Below, piece after piece: positions 17,210 to 28,790 of a stretch of DNA of 45,482 nt; the stretch's first letter is position 1; every line of letters starts with the position of its first letter. The stretch is from the NCBI GenBank assembly GCA_934726435.1, contig CAKVDR010000001.1, forward strand, positions 1 to 45,482, given 5' to 3'. The position numbers were made by a program, and so were the translations under genes. The DNA is from an uncultured Eubacteriales bacterium (GTDB lineage Bacteria > Bacillota > Clostridia > Oscillospirales > Acutalibacteraceae). The notes under the pieces are model-generated. The model saw only the letters and a program-made list of their open reading frames with translations. It was not told where the DNA came from and searched no databases.

Positions 17210-17398
17210 GCGTTAATTCCTCCTAAAACTTAATTTGGAAAGTATTATACTACAAAACTAAATCAGTATCAATCAATTCCTTTCCTTTAAATTACATTTA
17301 CTCAAATAATTTTCTCATGTAAACTATATAATATGAATAATCCTCAAGAAATATACAACACTATAGTTATGTGAAAATTATAAGAGGGGGGAACAAAT

Positions 17399-17950
17399 TT
17401 GAAATCAACAGGAATAGTCAGAAGAATTGATGACCTGGGCAGGATTGTAATTCCAAAAGAGATAAGAAGAACACTTCGAATCAGAGAAGGTGACCCGCTG
17501 GAAATTTACACCGATAACACAGGTAATATTATATTTAAAAAATATTCTTTCATAAAGGAAATTTCTCCGTTTGCAGCAAGATACGCCGATGTCCTCGCTA
17601 GAAAAGTCAACATGCCAGTAATTGTATCCGACTGCGACCATATCGTTGCTGTTTCAGGCGCGCCTAAACGAGAATTTTCAGAAAGAAGAATAACCTCTTT
17701 CGTTGAAGATTTAATGCAAGATAGAACAAACTACTCTTCTTTTAAAACTCCAACCGAAAGGTTCTTGCCCGTTGAAGGTCTCGAAAATGAGGCTTTATGT
17801 GCATTTCCAATAATTTGTGCAGGTGATGTAATCGGGAGTGTTTGCGTCTTAAAAAATAGCAAAACAAGCCTAACCGATACAGAAAAAGCCGCAAAAATAA
17901 ATTTAGCCGAGATAACCACTCAGCTTCTCGGCAAACAACTTGAAGATTAA
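17399..17950 (+). CDS. spoVT: Stage V sporulation protein T (AbrB-type SpoVT transcription regulator)
   Basis: The N-terminal GIVRRIDDLGRIVIPKEIRRTLRIREGDPLEIY is a SpoVT/AbrB swapped-hairpin domain. It is followed by a roughly 120-aa GAF-like C-terminal domain. TTG start with an AGAGGGGGG RBS. Confidence 0.85.
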   Translation: MKSTGIVRRIDDLGRIVIPKEIRRTLRIREGDPLEIYTDNTGNIIFKKYSFIKEISPFAARYADVLARKVNMPVIVSDCDHIVAVSGAPKREFSERRITSFVEDLMQDRTNYSSFKTPTERFLPVEGLENEALCAFPIICAGDVIGSVCVLKNSKTSLTDTEKAAKINLAEITTQLLGKQLED

Positions 17951-19425
17951 TTTTCTATGAGGCTCTGACCCGTCATTTCGGCGGGTTTTTTTATTTTCAA
18001 AATTTCAAGCAAGGTAGGGGCAATGTCGCAAAGGCTGCCTGATTTTTTTAATTTGCAGTCAAAACCGTCAATCACAAAAGGCACTTTGCTCGTTGTATGC
18101 GCAGTGAAGATTTCGCCGTTTTCATCAATCATTTTTTCAGCATTACCGTGATCAGCAGTAATAACCATCACTCCGCCGGATTTTCTAACGAGCTCGCAAA
18201 CTCTTCCAATGCACTCATCAACTTTTTCAACAGCGTGGGTAGCAGCGTCAAAATTTCCCGTGTGGCCAACCATATCAGGATTAGCATAGTTCATGAAAAC
18301 AACGTCATACTTCCCGGAATCTATAGCTTTCAAAACCGATGTTGTAACTTCCTCAGCGCTCATCTCAGGCGCTAAATCATAAGTTTTAACTTTCGGCGAA
18401 TTTACAATCATCCTGCTTTCGTTTTCAAAAGGTTTCTCAGCCCCGGCATTTAAAAAGAACGTAACATGCGCATATTTTTCAGTTTCAGCGATTCTCAGCT
18501 GCTTAAGGCCGCACTTTGAAAGATATTCACCAATTGTGTTCTTAACTTCTCTGGGGCTAAAAATGCACGGCACGCCCTCTTCATACCTGGTGAAACCAAA
18601 ATATTTAACTGTGCCCATTTTCAAAAACATTTCACTTATTTGCCGTGCTCTGTCAGTTCTAAAATTAAAGCAAATTACCGCATCATTTTTGCTCATCGGC
18701 GCATAGCCGTTTTTTACCGCAGGAACAATGAATTCATCGGTCACACCCGCACTATAGCTAGCTTTTAAATAATCTCGCGCGCCTTCAAAATTAACTCCCT
18801 TAGCACACGCCATAGCCTCGAAAGCCTGGGTTGTTCTTTCCAGACGCTTATCTCTATCCATAGCGTAAAATCTGCCGCAAATAGTTTTAATTTCGCCAAT
18901 GCCAAGCTCTTTTGCAAGATTTTCAACAGCAGAAATATACGAAACCGCCGATTTAACTCCGGTATCTCTTCCGTCAGTCCAAGCATGAATGAAAACGTTT
19001 TTAATTTTAAACTCATGCGCCATTTTCAAAAGAGCAAAAAGATGATTAATGCTACTGTGAACACCTCCATCGGAAACAAGACCCATCAAATGAAGATTCG
19101 AGCCATTTTTTGAAACTTCGCTCATGATTCCCGCAAGATTTTCGTTTTTAAAAAAGCTCCCGTCTGAAATGCATTTGTCAATAAATGTCAAATCTTGGTA
19201 AACAACTCTTCCCGCACCAATGTTCATATGCCCGACTTCTGAATTTCCCATCTGTCCCTCAGGCAGCCCAACGAAAAGCCCTGAAGCCTCAAGCTCAGTG
19301 TAAGGGCACGAAGAAAAAATTTTATCCAAATTAGGAGTTTTCGCGCTGAAAACAGCGTTACCAACGGTTTCTTTTCTAATTCCAAAGCCGTCCATTATCG
19401 CAAGAACAACAGGTTTAAAACTCAT
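17947..19425 (-). CDS. gpmI: 2,3-bisphosphoglycerate-independent phosphoglycerate mutase
   Basis: ILDGFG-type N-terminus (LAIMDGFG), NSEVGHMNIGAGR and ITADHGNAE. I chose the start at the second ATG (19425) for RBS spacing. Confidence 0.95.
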   Translation of the reverse strand: MSFKPVVLAIMDGFGIRKETVGNAVFSAKTPNLDKIFSSCPYTELEASGLFVGLPEGQMGNSEVGHMNIGAGRVVYQDLTFIDKCISDGSFFKNENLAGIMSEVSKNGSNLHLMGLVSDGGVHSSINHLFALLKMAHEFKIKNVFIHAWTDGRDTGVKSAVSYISAVENLAKELGIGEIKTICGRFYAMDRDKRLERTTQAFEAMACAKGVNFEGARDYLKASYSAGVTDEFIVPAVKNGYAPMSKNDAVICFNFRTDRARQISEMFLKMGTVKYFGFTRYEEGVPCIFSPREVKNTIGEYLSKCGLKQLRIAETEKYAHVTFFLNAGAEKPFENESRMIVNSPKVKTYDLAPEMSAEEVTTSVLKAIDSGKYDVVFMNYANPDMVGHTGNFDAATHAVEKVDECIGRVCELVRKSGGVMVITADHGNAEKMIDENGEIFTAHTTSKVPFVIDGFDCKLKKSGSLCDIAPTLLEILKIKKPAEMTGQSLIEN

Positions 19426-19437
19426 AAACATCCCACC

Positions 19438-20190
19438 TTACAAACGAAAATTTACTATCTTTTTAAATTTCTCAGCGTCAAGCGAAGCCCCGCCAATCAA
19501 GCCGCCGTCAATATTTTCCATAGCGAAAAAGTCTTTTGCGTTCTTCTCGTTAACTGAGCCGCCGTAAAGAATTTTAACATCCGAAGCCGCTTCGCTTCCG
19601 AACTTTTCAGAAATGAAATTTCTAATAAACCCACACATCTCCGAAGCCTCGGCAGGGGAGGCAACCTTGCCCGTTCCAATGGCCCAAATCGGCTCATAAG
19701 CAACCGAAATATTTTTAACTTCATCTTTATTTATGTTTTCAAAACAGTCTTCAAGCTGCGATTTAACGAACTTTTCAGCCTGGCCTTTTTCTTTTGTTTC
19801 TAAGCTTTCACCAACGCAAACGATAGGTTTAAGGCCATTTTTCAAAGCTGCTAAAATCTTTTTGTTTATCATTTCGCCAGTTTCAAAAAAGTACTCTCTT
19901 CTTTCACTGTGGCCTAAAATAACGTATTTAACCCCTGCGTCTTTAAGCATTGAAGCCGAAATTTCGCCCGTGAATGCTCCGCTTTCTTCCCAAAAGCAAT
20001 TCTGCGCACCAAGGCTAAAACCGCATTTTTCCGCAAAAGGTTTAAGAGCCAAAATCGAAATAAACGGAGGGCAAACAGCCACTTCATCTTCGGTTTTTGC
20101 AAAATTTTCATCCAGGCTTTCAGCAAAATCAAATGTTTCAGAAATATTTTTATTCATCTTCCAGTTGGCAACTATAAGTTTTTTCTTCAA
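19438..20190 (-). CDS. tpiA: Triosephosphate isomerase
   Basis: ANWKMN, ILGHSERR and YEPIWAIGTG. I prefer the TTG start at 20190, 8 nt after a GGAG RBS. The track start at GTG 20199 abuts the RBS directly. Confidence 0.93.
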   Translation of the reverse strand: MKKKLIVANWKMNKNISETFDFAESLDENFAKTEDEVAVCPPFISILALKPFAEKCGFSLGAQNCFWEESGAFTGEISASMLKDAGVKYVILGHSERREYFFETGEMINKKILAALKNGLKPIVCVGESLETKEKGQAEKFVKSQLEDCFENINKDEVKNISVAYEPIWAIGTGKVASPAEASEMCGFIRNFISEKFGSEAASDVKILYGGSVNEKNAKDFFAMENIDGGLIGGASLDAEKFKKIVNFRL

Positions 20191-20272
20191 AACACTCACT
20201 CCAAACTTTTATTTAATGCGCAAAGCTTAAAAACAATTCAAAGCCACCGGTTTTCGGTGACCTTGAAAAAAA

Positions 20273-22753
20273 TTATTGTTCTTCCTCTTTAGTTTCTGTT
20301 TCTTCTTTTTCATCAGGTTCTTCATGCGGCACGCAAGCAGTAGCAACAACTTTGAAATCATTCGAAACTTTCATCAAAACTACTCCTTTTGAAGGCCTGA
20401 GGCATTTTCTTATGCTGTTTCCTTCAATCCTGATGATAACGCCGTTATCAGAAATAAGAATAACGTCATCGTCATCGCCAACGGTGTTAATCGAAGCAAC
20501 ATCACCGTATTTTTCGGTGTAATAGTTAAGAATTCCTTTGCCGCTTCTTGACTGAATCTTGTAGTCATCCGGGCTTGAAAGCCTTCCGAAACCTGTTTCA
20601 GAAACAGTGAGAATATTTTTGTCTTCATCGACAACTATCATTCCCACAACGCTGTCATTCTCGTCAAGTTTCATGGCTCTAACGCCTCTTGCGCTCCTTC
20701 CAACGGCTCTGATGTCAGTTTCAAGGAACCTTATGCATTTGCCTTTTTTCGTTGCAACGAGTAAGTTCTTCGTTCCGTCAGTCAAGCGCACCCAAGAAAG
20801 CTCATCACCTTCATCGAGATCAAGCGCAACCAACCCGCCCTTCCTCGAGCTGTCGAAAGACGTAAGAGAAGTTCTTTTAATTACGCCGTTTTTAGTTATC
20901 ATAACAAGATATTTATCTTCTTCGAACTCTGTTACTTTTATCATCGAAGTTACTTTTTCATCCGAAGAAATCGGCAAGATATTAGCAACATTAGTGCCTT
21001 TTGAAGTTCTTGAACCTTCCGGGATTTCATAGCATTTAACTCTGTAAACTTTGCCGCGATTGGTGAAGAACAGAATGTAATCATGGCTGTTGATAATAAA
21101 CAGCTCGCTGACTGTGTCTTCGTCGCGCCTTGTCATGCCTGAAACTCCTCTTCCGCCGCGGCGTTGCAAACGGTAGCTTTCGAGACTTTGCCTTTTAACG
21201 TAGCCAAAGTGGGTAAGGGTCAAAGCACAATCTTCCTTCGGGATTAAATCTTCAATGTCAACTTCTCCGCTAACATTCAAAATTTCGGTTCTTCTTTCGT
21301 CGCCGAATTGCCTTTTAACTTCAAGAGCTTCGGTTTTAATAATCTCTCTTACTCTTGATTCATGCGAAAGAATGTCGTTGTAATCGGCAATCTTGGTTTC
21401 AAGCTCTTTGAGTTCATCTTCAATTTTGTGTCTTTCAAGACCCGTGAGTCTTCCAAGAGGCATTTGAACAATCGCCTGAGTTTGAATTTCATCAAGGCCG
21501 AATCTTTCTGAGAGTTTTTCGCGGCCTTCTTGAACTGATTTCGCAGATTTCAAAATAGCAATAACTTCGTCGATGAAATCAAGCGCAGTTTTGAGGCCTT
21601 CAAGAATATGTGCGCGCTCTTTTGCTTTTCTAAGCTCGAAAAGCGTTCTTCTTGTAACAACCTGAATCTGGAAGTTAATATAATGCTCTAAAACTTCTTT
21701 TAAAGTCAAAACTTTCGGCTCACCGTTAACAATTGCAAGCATTATAACGCCAAACGTAGTTTGAAGCTGAGAATACGAAAAAAGTTTGTTAAGAACAATT
21801 TGCGGTGAAGCATCCCTTTTAAGGTCAATTTCAATGTGCATTCCTTTTCTGTCGGAATGGTCTTCAATCCTCGAAATTCCTTCGATTCTTTTCTCTTTAA
21901 CCATGTCTGCGATGTTTTCAATCAGCCTGGCTTTGTTAACTTGGTAAGGAAGTTCAGTAACGATTATTTTGAAACGTGAATTTTTGTCTTCAACTATTTC
22001 TGTTTTTGCACGAACTGTGATTTTTCCTCTGCCGGTTGCGTAGGCTGCTCTGATTCCCGCTTTACCCATGATAATTCCGCCAGTCGGGAAGTCCGGGCCT
22101 TTAATATAAGCCAAAAGGTCGGCAAGCTCCGCTTCAGGGTTATCAATCAAATAGCACATAGCGTCAATAACTTCACACATATTGTGCGGCGGAATATTAG
22201 TCGCCATTCCAACCGCAATTCCCGTTGAACCATTCACAAGAAGATTCGGGAAACGCGACGGAAGAACTGTTGGTTCTTTTAATCTGTCGTCGTAGTTTGG
22301 AACAAAATCAACCGTTTCTTTGTCTATGTCCGAAAGCATTTTAACAGCGATTTTTCCCATTCTAGACTCGGTATATCTGTAAGCAGCAGGCGGGTCGCCA
22401 TCTATTGAACCGAAGTTTCCATGGCCATCAACGAGCATATATCTCATCGAAAAATCCTGCGCAAGGCGCACCAAAGCATCATAAACCGAAGCATCGCCGT
22501 GCGGATGATATCTACCAAGAACCGCACCAACAACGTTTGCACATTTTCTGTAAGGCTTATTTGGCCCTAAATTATCTTCAAAAAGCGCATAAAGAATCCT
22601 TCTGTGAACAGGTTTGAGGCCGTCTCTAACATCAGGAAGCGCCCTTGCAACTATTACAGACATAGAGTAATCCAAAAAGGATTTTTTCATTTCTTTTTCG
22701 AGGTCTACATCTATAATTTTTGAAGACTTTATATCGTCTGTTTGATTATCCAT
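20273..22753 (-). CDS. gyrA: DNA gyrase subunit A
   Basis: 826 aa with YSMSVIVARALPDVRDGLKPVHRR, AAYRYTE (active-site Tyr region) and C-terminal beta-pinwheel repeats. Confidence 0.97.
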   Translation of the reverse strand: MDNQTDDIKSSKIIDVDLEKEMKKSFLDYSMSVIVARALPDVRDGLKPVHRRILYALFEDNLGPNKPYRKCANVVGAVLGRYHPHGDASVYDALVRLAQDFSMRYMLVDGHGNFGSIDGDPPAAYRYTESRMGKIAVKMLSDIDKETVDFVPNYDDRLKEPTVLPSRFPNLLVNGSTGIAVGMATNIPPHNMCEVIDAMCYLIDNPEAELADLLAYIKGPDFPTGGIIMGKAGIRAAYATGRGKITVRAKTEIVEDKNSRFKIIVTELPYQVNKARLIENIADMVKEKRIEGISRIEDHSDRKGMHIEIDLKRDASPQIVLNKLFSYSQLQTTFGVIMLAIVNGEPKVLTLKEVLEHYINFQIQVVTRRTLFELRKAKERAHILEGLKTALDFIDEVIAILKSAKSVQEGREKLSERFGLDEIQTQAIVQMPLGRLTGLERHKIEDELKELETKIADYNDILSHESRVREIIKTEALEVKRQFGDERRTEILNVSGEVDIEDLIPKEDCALTLTHFGYVKRQSLESYRLQRRGGRGVSGMTRRDEDTVSELFIINSHDYILFFTNRGKVYRVKCYEIPEGSRTSKGTNVANILPISSDEKVTSMIKVTEFEEDKYLVMITKNGVIKRTSLTSFDSSRKGGLVALDLDEGDELSWVRLTDGTKNLLVATKKGKCIRFLETDIRAVGRSARGVRAMKLDENDSVVGMIVVDEDKNILTVSETGFGRLSSPDDYKIQSRSGKGILNYYTEKYGDVASINTVGDDDDVILISDNGVIIRIEGNSIRKCLRPSKGVVLMKVSNDFKVVATACVPHEEPDEKEETETKEEEQ

Positions 22754-22819
22754 TTAGTACTCTCCTAAAATCGCTCATGCAAGCTGCAAAGCCGCACGAA
22801 AGCTAAATTTTTGTGCTAA

Positions 22820-23515
22820 CTAAACTCGGTTGCAACCCGAAAGTATCATCGCCTCAATTTCCGGGCGAACATCAGGATGGGCCGCTCTTAAAGGAATGAT
22901 AATTCCTCTTTGGCCGGGTCTAGAAACGATTATCAAATCGTCGCGTTCTTCGCATTTGTAGGTTCCGTCAAGATGTATAACACTTTTTTTGTGTTCGGTT
23001 TCAATTTCCAGGCGATTGGGGAATATATCCACCGTGAAGTGCCTGTCTTTCAATAATTTTTTAAAATAAAGTCTCAAATTTACAAATGACACAAGCCAAA
23101 TCATGACAAGCGCAAAAAATGGTACACCAGCCATAAAAACGTAATATGAAGAGCCGCTGATTGCAGCCATTAAACTTAGAATTAACAAGAAAATTAATTG
23201 AATAATCACATATTTTATGCGAATTTTTCTTTGTTCCCTGTAAATTTCGTTATGACGAATGAATTTTGCAACATCTTTTTTCATCAAATCGTATTTAATT
23301 TTAAGCCCTGTGGTGTTTTCTTTATATTCCTCCGGGGTTACATCTGCAACCACTTCAGCTTCGTTTTCACACCCTTGATATTCATCGTCGTCATCGTCTT
23401 CTAAATCACTGCCAGGCATCGAAAGATCGTCGCTACTTTCTTTCAAGCCGTTTACTTTTTCTTCAAAATCACTTTTTTCCCAGCCTCCAGGCCTGGGACT
23501 CGAATCATTATCCAT
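22820..23515 (-). CDS. Membrane protein with an acidic N-terminus, two transmembrane helices and a YcxB-like C-terminal domain (tentative)
   Basis: AGGAGG RBS. Two hydrophobic helices are followed by a domain ending IIIPLRA, which resembles the YcxB-like family. It is inserted between gyrB and gyrA. Confidence 0.5.
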   Translation of the reverse strand: MDNDSSPRPGGWEKSDFEEKVNGLKESSDDLSMPGSDLEDDDDDEYQGCENEAEVVADVTPEEYKENTTGLKIKYDLMKKDVAKFIRHNEIYREQRKIRIKYVIIQLIFLLILSLMAAISGSSYYVFMAGVPFFALVMIWLVSFVNLRLYFKKLLKDRHFTVDIFPNRLEIETEHKKSVIHLDGTYKCEERDDLIIVSRPGQRGIIIPLRAAHPDVRPEIEAMILSGCNRV

Positions 23516-23609
23516 TTTTCCTCCTAAAAATCATTTAAATTTGTTTTATTATACATCTTGATCAAATAAAACTCAATATCTAACACGAATTTATATCATA
23601 AATATGAAA

Positions 23610-25556
<1,947 letters not shown>

Positions 25557-25567
25557 TTATAAAAAAT

Positions 25568-25963
25568 TTAATCGCTAAAAATTTCTTCTTTTGAAACATC
25601 AGTGGTTGCTTGATCATTTTTGGGTTTTTCAGTCTGTTTTTTATTTTTACTCGGAATTTTTTCCGGTCTTAAAACTATAAGAAGCGGCGAAAGAAAATAA
25701 AATATTCCAAAAATAAAAATTATGAAAATAAGACCCATCAAGCAAAATTTACACCCAAGAAACATCACTAAAATAAAAACAATGAGTGATATAAGCTCAG
25801 TTGCTCCAAGGAGCTTAAAGATAAGCGGTTCAAGAGTAACTTCTGATTTTCTTTTGCAATAAGGACATTTAAATTTGTTGCGATTTTTTGCTGTAAGAGC
25901 TTCAACATAAAAAAGCTTAGTACCGCAATAGGGGCAATGGGGCAATTGAAAATTTGAAGACAT
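25568..25963 (-). CDS. Zinc-ribbon membrane protein of unknown function
   Basis: CPYCGTKL...CPYCKRKS forms a zinc ribbon. It is followed by two transmembrane helices and a basic tail. GGAGGTGA RBS. Confidence 0.5.
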   Translation of the reverse strand: MSSNFQLPHCPYCGTKLFYVEALTAKNRNKFKCPYCKRKSEVTLEPLIFKLLGATELISLIVFILVMFLGCKFCLMGLIFIIFIFGIFYFLSPLLIVLRPEKIPSKNKKQTEKPKNDQATTDVSKEEIFSD

Positions 25964-25991
25964 ATAAGCCGTTCACCTCCAAAATTAACTT

Positions 25992-26279
25992 TTATTCCAA
26001 AGCTTTTACTGCACTTCGTTTAAAAATAGTAGAAGTTAAAAGCGGGCTTAAAAAAACTTTTTCTCGGCGTTTGCCACTTTCGCAGCAAATAACGCATGAT
26101 TTAGGCAAGTCTTGAGTCACGTTAATAATTTTATCACTTTTCTCAGCATTTGACAAATAGTCCCTGTTAACTTTGAAAACGGTTATCTTATCAACGTCGA
26201 ATATTCCCACTATTTCATTTTCATTTACTACGGTATCTCCGCCAATGTGAAGGTAAGGATTTTTCCCATTTTTAACCAT
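25992..26279 (-). CDS. remB: DUF370 / RemB (YaaB) family protein
   Basis: I place the start at MVKNGKNPYLHIGGDTVV, which has a GGAGGG RBS. It is about 95 aa and sits in the conserved position between recF and gyrB, as yaaB/remB does in Bacillus. It overlaps the recF stop by 8 nt. Confidence 0.75.
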   Translation of the reverse strand: MVKNGKNPYLHIGGDTVVNENEIVGIFDVDKITVFKVNRDYLSNAEKSDKIINVTQDLPKSCVICCESGKRREKVFLSPLLTSTIFKRSAVKALE

Positions 26280-27384
26280 TTTCAAGCCCTCCGTTTTTGA
26301 TGTGAAAAGTGCTTGCACTACCAAAATATTTAATTAAATCTCTGTCACAACCAGTTATGAAGGTTTGGCCGCTTCCAAGCCTGCTCATAACGTACTTTTG
26401 GCGGTATTCATCGAGCTCACTCATAACATCATCAAGCAAAATTACCGGAGGCTCACAAATGCTTTCTTCAAGTACCGAAGCTTCAGCTATTTTAAGAGCC
26501 AAAACTGCAGAGCGCTGCTGACCCTGCGAGCCAAAATGCTTAATGCTTTTGCCACCGAGCAAAATTTCAAGGTCATCTTTATGCGGCCCGATAGTCGTAA
26601 AACCTTGCTTTAAATCTGAATTTTTAGAATCTTTAAGCCTGAGTAAAAAATTTTCTTCCAAAGATTTTTCATCTGCAAGCAAAGCTTCATTTTTGCAAAC
26701 TGTTGAAAGATAATTTATCCCTAAAATTTCTTTGCCTTTTGAAATTTCAAAATATGCATTTTCAGCTTCAACTTTAAGCTTTGAAAGATAGTTTATTCTC
26801 ATTTTGATTATTCTGGCTCCAAAAAAAGCGAGTTTTGAATCCCAAATTTCAAGCGAAGGCTCATTTAAACTTTGTTTTTTAATCATTATCCTTAAAAGCG
26901 CGTTTCTTTGCTTGAGACTTTGGTTGTAAGCGATCATTAACTTGGTAAAAGAAGGTTCGAGCTGGCAAATCGCAGCATCGAGGAATTTTCTTCGGTTATC
27001 AGGACCGTCTTTTACGAGCGACAGATGAAGCGGTGTGAAGAGAACTGTTCTGAATTTGCCTATCATCTCGGTAGGGTATTTCTTAGCAATCCCGTTTAAA
27101 AAAATTTTTCTTTTATCTTCGGCAAAATTTATCGAGATTTTTTGATTCCTTTTTTCGAGAAAAAAATTGCCGTCAAGCCTAGCGCTATTTTCACTGAATT
27201 TTATAAGATTTGCATCTTTTGTTTTCCTGAATGATCTCGCTCCGGTAAACATCCAAATCGCTTCAAGAAGGTTGGTTTTGCCTTGGGCATTTTGGCCATA
27301 GATATAGTTTGTTTTCTCGTCAAAATCAAAGGAATTTTCGCTTAAGTTTCTATAGTTTTTGATGTTCAATTTCAGAATTCTCAT
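26272..27384 (-). CDS. recF: DNA replication and repair protein RecF
   Basis: MRILKLNIKNYRN, the Walker A motif GQNAQGKTNLLEA, the signature region FGSQGQQRS and the Walker B motif ILLDDVMSELD. I set the start at ATG 27384, which has a GGTGA RBS. Confidence 0.93.
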   Translation of the reverse strand: MRILKLNIKNYRNLSENSFDFDEKTNYIYGQNAQGKTNLLEAIWMFTGARSFRKTKDANLIKFSENSARLDGNFFLEKRNQKISINFAEDKRKIFLNGIAKKYPTEMIGKFRTVLFTPLHLSLVKDGPDNRRKFLDAAICQLEPSFTKLMIAYNQSLKQRNALLRIMIKKQSLNEPSLEIWDSKLAFFGARIIKMRINYLSKLKVEAENAYFEISKGKEILGINYLSTVCKNEALLADEKSLEENFLLRLKDSKNSDLKQGFTTIGPHKDDLEILLGGKSIKHFGSQGQQRSAVLALKIAEASVLEESICEPPVILLDDVMSELDEYRQKYVMSRLGSGQTFITGCDRDLIKYFGSASTFHIKNGGLENG

Positions 27385-27440
27385 TAAAGCGTCACCGTGG
27401 TTATTATACCACATTTAGTTTTGTTTTTGCACATAATCTG

Positions 27441-28556
27441 CTATTCCGACTTAACCCTAACCGGCAAAACGAGAAACAAAAATGAATTTCCTTGTTGAGG
27501 AACAATTTTTATTGGACTTAAAGGCCCGCTTACTTGAATTTCTATTTCATCACAATCTGTGTTTTTAAGTGCATCAAGCATGTATTTATTGTTGAATGCT
27601 GTTTCTATATCTTCTGAGATATCACTTGTGCAGGTAATTTCATCGTTTGATTTACCGACTAAAGTTGTGCAAGAAAGGTGCGTAGAATTTTTTGAAAAAG
27701 TGCATCTCACTGGGCTTTTTAGTCTGTCGGTTATGAGAAGCGAAACCCTTTCAATGCTATCGACTAAATCGATAGTTGAAATCTTTATTTTTGAACTTGC
27801 AGTTTGAGGAACAGCAGCTTTGTAATCAAGAAATTCTCCTTCGAGAAGTCTTGAAATGATGGTGTATTCTCCAATGTAAAAAGCAATGTGCCTCATTCCG
27901 GTTGATATTTCAATGGTTTCGCTGTCTTCAGTGTTTTGGGGGAGAAGCCTTAAAACTTCTTTGAGTGTTTTTCCGGGAACTACAAATTTGAATTCTAAAT
28001 CTGAATCGATAGGTTCTTTTCTTATCGCAAGCCTATAACCATCAACTGAAACTAAGGTTAGAGTTTTATTTTTCACATCGAATAAAGTTCCGGTGTGAAC
28101 TGGTTTTGAATCAGTATCTGCTACTGCGAAAATGGTTTGTTTTATCATGCTTCTTAAGGTATTTATTGGTACTTTTAAGCTTTCTTTGCCCGATATCTCC
28201 GGTAAAGTTGGGAACTCTTTTGCGTCTATTCCAATTAATTCGAAATGACTTTGACCACCGGAAATTTTAACTAGTAAATTTTCGCTTACTTCGATTTCAA
28301 CTGTGTCTGAAGGAAGCTTTTTTATAATTTCGGTTAAAAGGTGACCATTAATCACAATTTGACCTTCTTTTTCTGTAGTAGCTTGTAAAGAAGTGGTGAT
28401 TCCCATTTCAGTATTGTAACCACAGAGTTTTATGGTTCCTTCTTTGCAAGTTATCAACACTCCTTCAAGAGCTGCTATGGTTGACCTTTGTGCAACAGCT
28501 TTTTGAACGCTAGTAAGTGAATTTGCAAGTTGAAGTTTTCCACATTTGAATTTCAT
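27441..28556 (-). CDS. dnaN: DNA polymerase III beta subunit (sliding clamp)
   Basis: 371 aa with a three-domain clamp pattern, including VSVDGYRLA, and the C-terminal LPVR. It lies downstream of dnaA. Confidence 0.95.
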   Translation of the reverse strand: MKFKCGKLQLANSLTSVQKAVAQRSTIAALEGVLITCKEGTIKLCGYNTEMGITTSLQATTEKEGQIVINGHLLTEIIKKLPSDTVEIEVSENLLVKISGGQSHFELIGIDAKEFPTLPEISGKESLKVPINTLRSMIKQTIFAVADTDSKPVHTGTLFDVKNKTLTLVSVDGYRLAIRKEPIDSDLEFKFVVPGKTLKEVLRLLPQNTEDSETIEISTGMRHIAFYIGEYTIISRLLEGEFLDYKAAVPQTASSKIKISTIDLVDSIERVSLLITDRLKSPVRCTFSKNSTHLSCTTLVGKSNDEITCTSDISEDIETAFNNKYMLDALKNTDCDEIEIQVSGPLSPIKIVPQQGNSFLFLVLPVRVKSE

Positions 28557-28574
28557 TGAATCAATCCTTTTTTG

Positions 28575-28790
28575 AGAGTTTTTCAGCCCGAGTTTTCTAC
28601 ATAATATATTTAATTAGTAGTAGTAGTAGGGGCTGTGGAAAAGTTGAATTGGGTTAAAGATGCCGAATTTAGCTTGTTCGAGGCCTAAAATTTCTGTGTT
28701 GAAATTATGTTGACAGTTTGTGAGGAAATGTGGACAAATTTTCTGTTTCCACAAAATTGTTGAAAACTTTGTGTTGAATGTTGAAAAGTT
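28575..28790. promoter_or_regulatory. oriC: oriC (dnaA-dnaN spacer): AT-rich unwinding stretch, (TAG)5 DnaA-trios, GGGC cluster, DnaA box, and further DnaA-box-like 9-mers
   Basis: The AT-rich stretch is ctacataatatatttaat. Five TAG trios occupy 28615-28629 and GGGC occupies 28630-28633. TGTGGAAAA at 28634-28642 has 1 mismatch to TGTGGATAA, as does TGTGGACAA at 28729-28737. GTTTCCACA at 28745-28753 has 2 mismatches to TTATCCACA. Confidence 0.8.

Noticed and set aside
16787-17233. Plus-strand ORFs 16787-17233 and 16995-17216, and minus-strand ORF 16951-17178, around the ferredoxin gene.
   Set aside because: They overlap the M23 peptidase N-terminus, the ferredoxin gene and its terminator. Only the 62-aa ferredoxin frame has an RBS and recognisable Cys motifs.
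17334-17366. A possible sigma-G forespore promoter upstream of spoVT, with GAATA and CACTATA elements.
   Set aside because: The spacer is 19 nt where 17-18 nt is expected, and the -10 element has a mismatch. The match is not strong enough to call from sequence alone.
20200-20272. A hairpin (CACCGGTTTTCGGTG) between gyrA and tpiA could be a terminator.
   Set aside because: It has only a 5-bp stem and a poor T-tract on the minus strand. I cannot tell whether it terminates gyrA transcription, so I did not list it as a feature.
28615-28629. The (TAG)5 run could be a trinucleotide microsatellite or a stop-codon-rich junk repeat.
   Set aside because: Its position immediately beside a GC cluster and a DnaA box in the dnaA-dnaN spacer matches the DnaA-trio origin element. 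I therefore annotated it as part of oriC.
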